This document shows positions 25,120 through 36,484 of a stretch of DNA of 64,000 nt, piece after piece; within the stretch, counting starts at the first letter, position 1; every line of letters starts with the position of its first letter. The notes beneath the pieces are model-generated. The model saw only the letters and a program-made list of their open reading frames with translations, ran no database searches and was not told where the DNA came from. The translations under genes and the position numbers were made by a program. Origin of the DNA: Pocillopora damicornis (taxonomy: Eukaryota). The stretch is taken from positions 248,001 through 312,000 of the forward strand of contig NW_020843402.1 in the NCBI RefSeq assembly GCF_003704095.1, read 5' to 3'.

Positions 25120-26525
25120 GATATTTTACACATCAAATTAAATCTTCGAGAACTTTTGAAAGAAATGCGTTGTTCTCCTCAAGAACTTGTCTTTCATCAC
25201 ACGGTAGAGTTATCTCCAAGGTTGACGGACCGTCACGTTCTACACATTCTTGTCACACAATAATGTCCGTGATTAATCTTGTAATGAAAACTCAAAGGAA
25301 GATAAACGACGTGGAAATAATTACGAAGTTAAGAGATCGTTCTGAATAGCTGCGAGTTAGTATAGGGGTTAATAGAAAAGAGAGGCGCTATATTAAAAAA
25401 AAAAAAGAAAGAAAAAGGAAAAGGCGCAGTGAAAGATTCGATTACTTTTTACCTTCAATATAATGAAACAGTTATAACAATTGTCTGTTTTTCTGAATGA
25501 AATGCGAAATTTAAATGCTGCAGATAGCAGACAAGGCTACTAATAAAGCAGACGAGTTGTACAAATGGCATCAGCCTCTTCATGGCGCTCTTGACTTCCG
25601 GTTGTTCTTTCATCCGAGTCATAATATCCCTGTTATCCAGGAAGTTCCTCCCCAAGCTTAACGTACATTTTCTTCAGTGTGGTAAGGATATCATGTGGCT
25701 AAGGTGGATAAGAGCTGGCCGCGAAGATTATACCATGAGTGGGTTTCTTGGGGTGAGCTGTATCTTTCTGTTAAAAATAAGACCATGCGCAAGTTCTAAT
25801 ATGGTCTACGTGTAACGAGCATAACATCTTCACACCTCTCATTGTGCAATCTATGTTAGGATTATACTTCACCAGAAACACAAGTCAACATGGAAAAATT
25901 GGGGGTTTTCATAAATCTTCACTGATCCACGCGAGTACAAGTTTGGACGAAATAAATAAGATTATTTTTCACACGGAGCTCTAAAAATACCTGATCAACA
26001 TTTTAGATTTACTATTTACAGTCTTCTCTGACGGAAAAGCTTACACGTTGTAAGAAGGGTTTTGTTTACGAAAATTGGGAATAAGTTCACCATCAGCTGT
26101 AGGTGGTACATTTCAGTTTTGCTTCAGCTTTTTTGTTTCAAAATCTTTGTCTAATATGCGATTCAAAGAGTATATGAGGAGATCGATTTGGCTGACTAGT
26201 TTTTTAAGCCCTAGCCGTTTTTAGATGTAAACTATGTTGGTCTATCGAGTTATTGGGATTGAAAGTTACCGTTCCACTCTATAAGAAGGTACATGTTCCT
26301 GACAGGCGCTGATAGATGACACTCCTTTCCGGCTTTGCGGTGGGTCGATGTTGAGCACGTTTTTAACATTAATTTTCCTTGTTAAGAAAATGGGATGAAA
26401 ATTGTTCTCGTAACCCCGTTACTTTCACTAACGAACTAACTCTGTGCCTGTAACAATATGCTACGTGTAAATTTCAGTGGCCCAATATTTAACCTAAACG
26501 TGAAAGGTGGACTTGAAGAAAAATT
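25120..26525 (-). pseudogene. Inverted pseudogenic duplicate of LARS 13755-14970 (exons 14306-14524 and 14836-14940)
   Basis: Reverse-complement match. The exon copy carries TGG>TAG (SYPP*) and indels, and its donor site is altered. Confidence 0.85.
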
Positions 26526-28070
26526 GATAACAATCTCGAGATAATATCAAAAACAGCGTGTAACAATAGTTTGAATTATAAGCTGAGAACTCTGAAGAGT
26601 CCCGCATTCATGTAGAAATTAGGTTGTTTATTGAGGTCTACCACACATTTTATGACGTCATAAAGGTAGTAGTTGCATTCCATTTACGTTGCTTGGTTGA
26701 AGTTATGTTTAAATCTCCCAAATGTAACGGGATTACTTTTCTCCTTAATTAAATTTTTAACCTCAAACCGAATTGGCACATTTTCTAATTTTCCTTGATT
26801 AAACAGCATACTTTCAACCTTTTTTTGACCGAATTTGAAAATTTTATCCAGAAATAATTCGGTTACCGCTGAAAGCATCGATTCTTCGGTGTCATCGAAG
26901 ATTTGACCTTGTATCACACGGTGCAATAGATGACAGTGGCACTGTTCAAATTTTGCTGCGGTAAAAGTACAACTTGAATCCCAACCATTCTGGCGGCTGT
27001 GCCCTTTTTTAACAATCGAGAATTACATTTTCTTTTTAGAAAAAACACCAGCTCAAATGAAATTTCATTTGTGGGACTGCAAATTAGAGGTTTATGTGCC
27101 GGTGTGAATTTCTGTGTTGTTTGATATTAATTGGTTTGGCTGTTCAGTCGCTGGATTTGATGACAAGCTTGCTTGCAGAGGTCTCTCTCTTTAGCCGGAA
27201 GAATTATCTTTCTTCAAGATTACAAATGATGGGTGGCCACTTATTGTGTAGGTCTGGATTGCCAAGTCTGAAACTTTCTGACACCTCTAACTCACAGACA
27301 TATAAATTTATTCTCATTGAAAAATCAAAACTTTGTTATACAGAAATATTTAGCAACCTTTAAGAAACCCTCTTAAAGAATAATGAAATATTCAAAAGTC
27401 TTTGAAAAAAGGACAGCCTCGTGTTTGGTTCGGCACCAAAGCTCCTCAACGCAGTGCATAGCTTTAAACGATTTTCACATCAATTTCGAAACGAAGTTTA
27501 CCAGAATGTCAACGCTGTTGAAGATAGTTATTGTCACAATAGTTGGGTGAGAAAGATATACTTTGATAGAAACAAAATCTTACTTTCACCTAGCTGTCTC
27601 TCCTTTCCGCAGAACCGAGTGGAGTTTCATTATTAAGTGTCAACGGCAAGATTGCAAAAACTAAGGATACAAATTACACATTTGATAAAACAAAAAAAAA
27701 GACGCAAATATCTTAAATTGATGAACACGAAGGAAGCGACTTAACTCCTCTCTGGGCACGTTAAGTACATCAACGTAACAAGTGATTTACTTAACTAATT
27801 CCTTCTAGCGAATCTTTTTAACTATGTTCTTTCTTTTCATGCTGAACCAATCACTCAAAAAAAATGTAAACTAAAACATACTAATATATACAATTTATAT
27901 AACACTCATTGCAGGCTACTAAGCGCTGTTCAATATGGCTAAGAAAAGTATATAACGTACTTTCTAAAATATTGCTCATTTCATAGTTCTGTGCAGTTAA
28001 AACCTAAAAACAACAACTCTAAGAAATTGCAAAAAAAGTTTGAAAACTTCTAAAGTTTGCATGTGTCTGG
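26525..28070 (+). repeat. Left arm of a long imperfect inverted duplication (pairs with 32797-34645)
   Basis: 26525-27410 is the reverse complement of ~33720-34643, and 27650-28070 is the reverse complement of ~32797-33220. Confidence 0.85.
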
Positions 28071-28309
28071 TAAAAATCCCAGGACTGACCTTTATAATAA
28101 ACCGAAGATTCGATGTAAGCATGCACATAAAGTAATTTTGAACCCTAAAAATCTAAGGTTTATAAAAATTCTGCGCAGACCGAAAATTCAGTGACACAAT
28201 TTAACATTTCAATTACGCTAAGATATTTAAGAATGACCAGATTGTGAGAAAAACTTGACATTAGCATTTCGTAACAAGATTTCGTAGCAAGATTTGTACG
28301 AGATAGTTT

Positions 28310-28778
28310 TCAAGTAAACGGCATCTTGCAGGGCTGGTTAAGGACTACCTCATAACGAGCGCGAAATAACTTTAAAAGACAAAAACTATTCCATACAGCG
28401 ATTGGAAATGTATTTACAAGCGCTAATAACATGTGTCTTTTCCATCTTCGTCGCCAAACAGCTATCACAGCCACATTCTGATAACGAGTCTCAATCGCAA
28501 GAGACACACTGGTGAAAAACCACTCGATTGCTAACTGAACTGACGTGTGACCTGCAAAGGTCTTGAGCAACCAAATGATAGAGTTGTTTTCCACGAATAC
28601 AAAATCATGCAAGTATCTTAGTCCGTTTACATACACCACAGCAACAGATTCAGACAACATACTCAGGATGATGATATCAGCCATGAGTCGTTCGCGACGA
28701 GGTGTGCGGAAACTCCCCCAAGGAGCCAATTTCCTTTTCCACAACACATGGAGAACATGATCAACCAACGCCATGATG
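28310..28778 (-). CDS. Membrane-protein family copy D, C-terminal ~155 aa (5' part lost in the gap)
   Basis: [31 protein letters not shown]...QPCKMPFT*. Confidence 0.8.
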
Positions 28779-28878
28779 NNNNNNNNNNNNNNNNNNNNNN
28801 NNNNNNNNNNNNNNNNNNNNNNNNNNNNNNNNNNNNNNNNNNNNNNNNNNNNNNNNNNNNNNNNNNNNNNNNNNNNNN
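28779..28878. other. Assembly gap (100 N)
   Basis: Run of N. Confidence 0.98.
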
Positions 28879-30450
28879 TTCCTTATAACGAGCACGAAAT
28901 AACACTAAGAGACAAAAGCTATTCCATACAGCGATTGGAAATGTATTTACAAGCGCTAACAACATGTGTCTTTTCCATCTTCTTCGCCAAACAGCCATCA
29001 CAGCCACATTCTGATAACGAGTCTCAATCGCCAGAGACACACTGGTGAAAAACCACTCAATTACCAGTTGAACTGAAGTGTGAACTGCGAAGGTCTTGAG
29101 CAACCAAATTATAGAGTTGTTTCCAACGAATACAAAATCATGCAAGTATCTTAGTCCGTTTACATACACCACAGCAACAGATTCAGACAACATACTCAAG
29201 ATGATGATATCAGCCATGAGTCGTTCGCGACGAGGTGTGCGAAAACTCCCCCAAGGAGCCAATTTCCTTTTCCACAACACATGGAGAACATGATCGACCA
29301 ACGCCATGATGCTTCGTTCAATGACTTCTGCAACTCCGTGAATAACTCCAAGAATGGCGATAGTCCGGAGATGGTCAAGATCTGCTTGTAAAGCTCGAAA
29401 GATAATAGCTGAGCAGTAGTAGAGAGGCGCCAATAACACATAAGAGTATCCTGGATGAGTAATGTTCCATAATCGTTGAACACAGATTCTTGATATTACC
29501 TTTATAGCGACCCCCAAGAGAGGTGAAAATAATGCAATTATCAGTCTGCCTGTGTCTTTTTGTTTGAGATACGTTCTATAAAGAATATCCGAAGTAAACA
29601 TTCCAGAAATAAGGGGCAAGCAAAATGGCACTATCATTTTACACAATAAACCTGTAAGCCTTGGACGCCGGCAAAACTGTCTCCCGACAATATATAATTG
29701 CAAACATATACTGGTGATGAGAAAAGTATATATTGGAATCTGCAATTCAGTGGCTGACGCATAATAAGGCTTTCCAATAACTTGAAGAGAAAAGCGATAA
29801 CTTATGTCCAAACAATACGCTACAAAGCTTACCAGAATCAGCTTTTTCTTTATTCCTTTTAGCTGATACGGACGAAAAAGAAACAGGAGTGTAACAAAGA
29901 TCCAGAAGTAATAGAAACTAACGGATATCGCATCAGAAATCGTTTTGATCCACTGCACACGAATTGGAATTGACGAGATGTTATAATCCTGACATTGAAG
30001 AATTGTTTTATAACTGACATAGGAGATTTGCAGGTAAACCATGGCAATTAACATAGCTGCAAGAAACGAAATCAACGCTCCAAAGCACATCGATTTACAA
30101 ACTGTCTGTGAAAAGGATGGACGAAGACGTTTCCAAGCCATTTCTTCCTCCTTAACGTTCTGATCTACCCTTGTCTCCACACTGTCTTCTGGTAAGAACG
30201 CGTCTTTAACCTGGACATTAATGTTATGTGCGAAAAAGTTCGAGTTTGTAGCCTCTCTGTCGCTGTACTCTTGGTATATCAGTTCATCAACAGGCTCTTT
30301 ATACCATTCTCTACCTGTGCTTAGCAGTGGATCGTAGCCAAAAGACTCTGTCGTGAATTCAGGTTCTTCTGGGTTGTAGTGTTCTGTAACGCTGCGCGTG
30401 AGGCGATACACGATCTGACCAAAAACCTCTATCAGTGTACTGGTAGCCAT
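28879..30450 (-). CDS. Membrane-protein family copy E, nearly complete (last ~12 codons in the gap)
   Basis: Open frame of 524 codons, [12 protein letters not shown]...LFRARYKE. Confidence 0.88.
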
Positions 30451-30938
30451 CCTTCCTTTGAGTGACTAATGTCTTCCACAGCAATATCACCGATCATACA
30501 TCCACACTCGGATCGGAGGAGGTCCTTCCGGGTCGTAGAAAGCTGATACGCTGCACGTGTAATGAAACAGTCTTGACCAAACACCTCTAAAAGTGTACTG
30601 CTTACTATTTCACCTTCATATGAACAACATCTTCCAAAGTGATACGGTGTTGTAATCACAATTCGAACAGATTACCGAGAGATAATTGTCTTACCAAAAC
30701 TGTACGGCCGCCGCATCTTCATCGTGTTAATTCTCCGCGATGAAAGCGTAAAGGTACTGTACGCTGTATTTCATGACGTCTTGACTGGTCATTAAAAATC
30801 ATTAAGAAATACGAGAAATTAGAGCTCTGAATTAACCACATTCCACATATCGTGTCTGTGTGAAACTGAAAAGTCAAGATGGCAGATCGCCAGTAAAACA
30901 AGATGAAACGGAAGCCGTAATTTACTGAAAACATTTTT

Positions 30939-32312
30939 GAGTTATTTTTTTTTAATAACAAAAAAACGTCTATGTTAGCGTATAGAGAGTGGTATGTTGC
31001 TCGCACCAATCAGATCGTTTAGGGTGTGTACCTCGCACCAATCAGATCGCCGTATTAGGGTATGTATCTCGCGCCAGAGAGAGGTATTCAAATTTCAACG
31101 AAGCAATAGGGGATTTGGAGAGAGCGGTTCGTAAAATGGAATTATCTTTCAGAATGAGAAATGTTAGCTTTTCTGTGTTTTTAACGTGTATTTTACCGCG
31201 CTTTATGAGAAATGCGACACTACTGGACAGATGAAAGATATCAGATTACCTACGGTAAACGTGTTACTCATGCCGTGAAAATGGTGGATAGTTGTTCGAG
31301 AAAAAATGGAGTTTTGTGCATTTTAGCACGATTATGGTTATTGTTCCTTCACGACGAGAGTGAGTGGAAAAATTTTGAATCAAATATTGCTTGAGGTGTG
31401 GATGAGTAGCACCAAACATTTTGATTTTAGCAGTTCTTTAACGGCAAGCCGGCTGTGTTATAAGATTCGTGATTTGTTGAGTGTGCCGATTTTCTTTTTC
31501 TGGATTGGCTTGCTCGGTGCTATCTCTAGATGAATTTCTGATTAAAATTAACTATGGACGTTTTTTGTATGATGTCGATGCTTGGAGAAAGTGATCTTGT
31601 GGAGTCATTTGTGTTTGGCTAAGGACGAATTCAGATACCATCGTTGGCATGTTTATTTGATTTTGTTATCTAGAATGAATGATTTACGGAGGTAAGTTAA
31701 TATGATGTGATCTATTAACGTCGAAAACATATCAAGTCGAAGGAACAGTTTTGGTCTCGGTTCGCAATTTTGTCAACAAAATAAACACATACCGCTTAAA
31801 AAGATGATAATACGGACCACGTGGAAAGCTGTCAATTGTTTCTCAAATGTTGCACGTGTTATGTATTTAATAGTGATACCTCGTTTACATCTACATTTTC
31901 ATCTACTTTTATTACGTTGGTGAAATCTGTAGACATCACACCAACCAACTCGCGCGCAAAGTGAGAAGACTTTATGAAAGCTTGAAATTATATTACGATC
32001 GATTTCATCACGAAATGGGCCCGGAATATTCTAAAATAGTGCAAATAATCGTGAAAGCTGATCGCGGAAAAGCGATTGCGTGACGCTCGGTGAGTTGGAA
32101 GATGACATGTTATCACATACCAGACGAAAAAACTCTTTAGATTCTCAGACTACATTTTGGACCCACTCTGCAGTGGGTTAATTCGACATTTTCGTTCTTT
32201 TCCGTGTTAATACTCTTCTTTCCTTTTATAAGAATGTAGAAATCACTTACAATGTTTCAAGTAAACCACCCACCCTCCAAAAAATAAATTTTGCATGCAT
32301 AGCATGCTTATG
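30939..32312. mobile_element. ~1.4 kb insertion, probably a non-autonomous element, into a duplicate of the LARS last intron
   Basis: Paralogous sites at ~19870 and ~23345 read tgaaaac[a/c]tttttca..caagtaccac contiguously. Here the two halves are separated by this segment, which has short internal repeats (ctcgcaccaatcagatcg twice). Confidence 0.6.
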
Positions 32313-32660
32313 TTTCAGCCAAGTACCACCATAAGTTAACACTTAATATTTTCACCGTTTCATGTGAATTTCCAATTCGAATTCTTCTCTGAAACCCTTA
32401 ATACTGTAAATAATAGTAAGAAGAGTTTCGAAATGTCAAATTTCATTTTTGCCACCGCGCAACACGTTTCATCCCCTGTCGAGGGATAAGAGCAAACTCT
32501 CCTGAAGTCTTCATTCTTCTCTACGATTGAGTTACTCACGTGAATCACAGCTGGACGATGCCGACAGTGTAAGTTTTCTTCCTCGAACCTTGCTGCTGAA
32601 ATGCCTTATATGAATAACTACGATGACAGAAACTTGTTTCTAAAAAAGAGAAAATCAACA
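32313..32660 (-). pseudogene. Inverted duplicate of LARS ~19420-19870, including part of exon 19548-19614, with an internal deletion
   Basis: ttactcacgtgaatcacagctggacgatgccgacagtgtaagttttcttcctc is the reverse complement of the exon, joined directly to gaaccttgctgctg. Confidence 0.75.
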
Positions 32661-32696
32661 GTGAAGAAATGTAAAATGGTTTCCGTGTTTACATAG

Positions 32697-32796
32697 NNNN
32701 NNNNNNNNNNNNNNNNNNNNNNNNNNNNNNNNNNNNNNNNNNNNNNNNNNNNNNNNNNNNNNNNNNNNNNNNNNNNNNNNNNNNNNNNNNNNNNNN
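32697..32796. other. Assembly gap (100 N)
   Basis: Run of N. Confidence 0.98.
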
Positions 32797-34645
32797 ACAC
32801 ATGCTAACTTTAGAAGTTTTCAAACTTTTTTTGCAATTTCTTAGAGTTGTTATTTTTAGGTTTTATCCACACAGAACTATGAAATGTGTAATATTGTAGA
32901 AAGTAGATTAGATATTTTTCTCTGCTATATTGAAATCCGCTCAGAGGCCTGCAATGAACGCAACATGAATTGTATATATAAGTATATTTTGGTTTGCATT
33001 TGTTTTGAGTGATCGGTTAAGCATGAAAAGAAAGGAACATCGATAAAAAGATTCGCCAGAGGGAATGAGCAAAGTAAATCACTTATTACGTTAATGTGCT
33101 TAACGCACCCAGAGAGCAGTTAAGTCGCACCCTTCATGCTCATCAATTTAAGATGTTTGCGTTCTTTTTGTTGTTTTATCAAGTGGGTACTTTGTATCCT
33201 TAGTTTTTGCAATCATACCGTTTAAATAAACATACGTTGCCTAGCACGTGACTTAAATCTACCCAGGCGGAGATCCAAAATGACGGTGGCAGGCTTGGCT
33301 TAGTTATATCACTCAAAACTCGTTCCCGTTTGTCTCATTTGATAAAGAGGGAATCGTTAATGTTTTCATTAAGACAGTATTGCCTTGATTTTCTAATATT
33401 TACAACGAAAGACAGTAAATTTCACTTTTCACCCACATTTACTTCCAACCTTTTCTTTTGAACCAGAAACAAAAATGATAGACGTTTAAAACACATGACA
33501 TCGTCCACCTTGTCAAATGTAATAGCATGATCATTTCAATTGTAATGCCTTCTTATCCCAACGTTACTTTGTTTCTTTGCTACATCAGCGAACACTGAAC
33601 TACTGCTCGTACTCTAGATATGACAATCAACCACAAAATTCCCTAAACCAGATAACATTAAACATAATCTAAAAAATCATGTGTCAATTCACGAGTTTGC
33701 TCAGAAAGCACTTTGATTAAGACTTTTGAATAGTTAATTATTATTTAAGAGGGTTTATTAAAGGTTGCTTAGTATTTCAGTTCAAGTTTTGCGCTAGTAA
33801 TTTGTATTTTTCTGTATAATAAATTTTTGATTTTTCAATGAGAATAAATCGATATATCTGTGAGTTAGAGGTGGAGAATTTCAGACTTGGCAATCCAGAC
33901 CTACACAATAAGTGGCCACCCACCATTTGTAATCTTGAAGAAAGATAATTCCTCCAGCTAGAGAGAGACCGTCGCAAACAAGCATGTCCTCCGATTCAGC
34001 GACTTAACAGTGAAACCAATTAATATCAAATATCACAGAAATTCATACCGGCACATAAACCTCTAATTTGCAATCCCATAAATTAAATTTCATTTGCACC
34101 GGCGTTTTTTCCTGAAAAGAAAATGTAATTCTCGATTGTTAAACTTGAAAAAGGGTACAGCCACCAGAATGGTTGGGGTTCAAGTTGTGATTTTACCACA
34201 GCAAAATTTGAACAGTGCCACTGTCATCTATTGCACCGTGTGATACAAAGTCAAATCTCCGATGACACTGAAGAATTGCTACTTTCAAGCGGTAACTGAA
34301 TTATTTTTGGTTAAAATTTTCAATTTCGGTCGCGTGTACAGTTGTACGTGAGAGTATGCTGTTAAATCACGGAAAATTAGAAAAATGTGCTAATTCGATT
34401 TGAGGTTAAAAATTTAATTAAGGAGAAAAGTAATCCCGTTGCATTTGGGAGAATCAAACATAACTTCAACCAAGCAACGTAAATGGAATGCAACTACTAC
34501 CGTTATGACGTCATAAAATGTGTGGTAGATCCTCAATGAACAACCTAGTTTCTTCATGAATGTGGGACCCTCCAGAGTTCTCAGCTTATAATTCAAACTA
34601 TTGTTACACGCTGTTTTTGATCATATTTCGAGATTGTTATCAACA
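32797..34645 (-). repeat. Right arm of the inverted duplication (pairs with 26525-28070)
   Basis: Reverse-complement similarity to the left arm, with a non-matching segment at ~33225-33715. Confidence 0.85.
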
Positions 34646-34768
34646 ATTTGTCCTCGCTAGTTAGGAGATTTAACATCTACCAGCACTTAACAACTAATTC
34701 AAACCCGTTTGTTCTGATCAGTCATCACCTTTCTACGCTTCAATTCTTGTCTAAGTCGCTTTATCGTT

Positions 34769-35761
34769 TTAAACGAGAAAATCGATTGTTCCACGAGCCC
34801 GTTTGTTTTTCTTTGAGGTAAGACAACACCTTAAACATTCGTAGAGGGCAGATCGGAAATCGCGCTTTCCCAGAACCAAAATGACTGGGTTGATCGCGGA
34901 GGCAGTGAATCTTGTGTAGTAAAACATGAAATACACTGCCCAAAAAGGTAATGACTCCAGAGTTTCACCGTCCTCCATAAGTTCCAGGATGAAGTATGGC
35001 GCCCAACAAATGAGGAACACGGCTAACATGCTTGCAAACACCACAGCGACTTTCCACTTCAATGCAACATTAGGGAACGTTTGGTTTTGGTTGTCGTCAA
35101 GAGAGCGGACCTTCCGTAGCTGTGCCTGTTTCTCCACTCTGTACAAGCGAACAAGAGCAAAAATACGTGTGTAGCAATAAACCATCGTAACCAACGGTAC
35201 AGCGAGGAAGAGGATCATCACAACGATGGAGTAAATTCGGTGAACTCGAAGCTTGTGCTCATAATAATTGTCGTCCGGATAGATGATCCAAGACAGCTGA
35301 ATAAGAGACACAAAGGCAGCACAGACCCAACAGGCGCATACCAGACAGACAGAAACTCTTTGCCTTGAGAGGGAATCATATCTTAAAGCGCGAACCACTG
35401 TGGCAAACAGATGCAACGTCAAAATAGTCAAATGCAGAACTGTAGAGACAGATACAAACCTCCAGAAGGCAGCGCTAGAGAGGCACCACGACGGAGTGTG
35501 AGTGACATTACAGGCCAGGTACAAAGGTATCCCTACCGCACCAGCCAAAAAATCACTCACTGCTAAGCTTGCTGATATACCATTGCTCACAGTTTGGAGT
35601 TTCTTTCTACGAAGAATCAGGATCAGAGCGGTGGCATTGGCGATGACTATCAATACTGCAACAATGACAGGATAGATATCAAAGTGGACAGAAAATCCGT
35701 TCATCAATTCTTCTTCCATCGTCTCGTTGCCATCATCTTTGAACTCCAAATCGCTCGCCAT
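34769..35761 (-). CDS. Intronless class A GPCR, 330 aa, paralogue of 1438-2484 with degenerate activation motifs
   Basis: Seven TM segments with LAVSD and CWAPYF. Shares FDxxP, GIP, WRFxSVSTV, FVSLIQLSW and YYxRF with the first GPCR. HLF replaces DRY and NPVIL replaces NPxxY. Confidence 0.9.
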   Translation of the reverse strand: MASDLEFKDDGNETMEEELMNGFSVHFDIYPVIVAVLIVIANATALILILRRKKLQTVSNGISASLAVSDFLAGAVGIPLYLACNVTHTPSWCLSSAAFWRFVSVSTVLHLTILTLHLFATVVRALRYDSLSRQRVSVCLVCACWVCAAFVSLIQLSWIIYPDDNYYEHKLRVHRIYSIVVMILFLAVPLVTMVYCYTRIFALVRLYRVEKQAQLRKVRSLDDNQNQTFPNVALKWKVAVVFASMLAVFLICWAPYFILELMEDGETLESLPFWAVYFMFYYTRFTASAINPVILVLGKRDFRSALYECLRCCLTSKKNKRARGTIDFLV

Positions 35762-36484
35762 CGAATTATTCTGTGCTTTGTTTCCACTGTTTCCAGGGCG
35801 CTATTTATCACGTCAAGTACAAGATATTTATGTTATGTTATCTCGTTGCTAAGCATTAATCTTACTTCACAGATTAGTTGACTTGTCCTAAGTAGATTAG
35901 GTGCGAGTGCTGTATCTCCTTGGCTGGTGTCAAAACCAAACAAGTTCTTTACTTTACATATCTAATCACGCTCTCTTCAGCACTTCAGACAATTTTCCTA
36001 GGGTCAATCAGTTAATATCGTAGGTGTTGATGTGCCCTCTCGGCTTGGTCTAACAACAAGTATGCATCAAACTTTGTTTCCCTTTTCGAAATCTTCATGT
36101 AAGACGTAAATCTCATGCAATTTGTTTAAGCAAACTCAAACATTTATTAAGTCAAGAAGTATCAGTGGCTAGTCTGGGATACAAACGTTGTCAATAAACC
36201 CTTCTGGTGGGTATGATGCGCGTCTGTGTTTATAAACAATAATTGGTAATGCTTTTAAGGGGTTTGTCTCAGGTATTTGAGTATATCAAAGATAACCTAG
36301 CCTGCTTGTATATTGTATAGGTAGATCTAAGCCCTTAGCAGCATATTATGATACCAATGTGATCTTCTCATCCTACTGTGGATCCGTTATCACTAGACAT
36401 TCAGTCTGTGTATTAATTGACAGACGTAATTTATTGCTGATTCTTCATAGTTCCTTGACAGTTTAATGGGATCAAAATCGAGTA

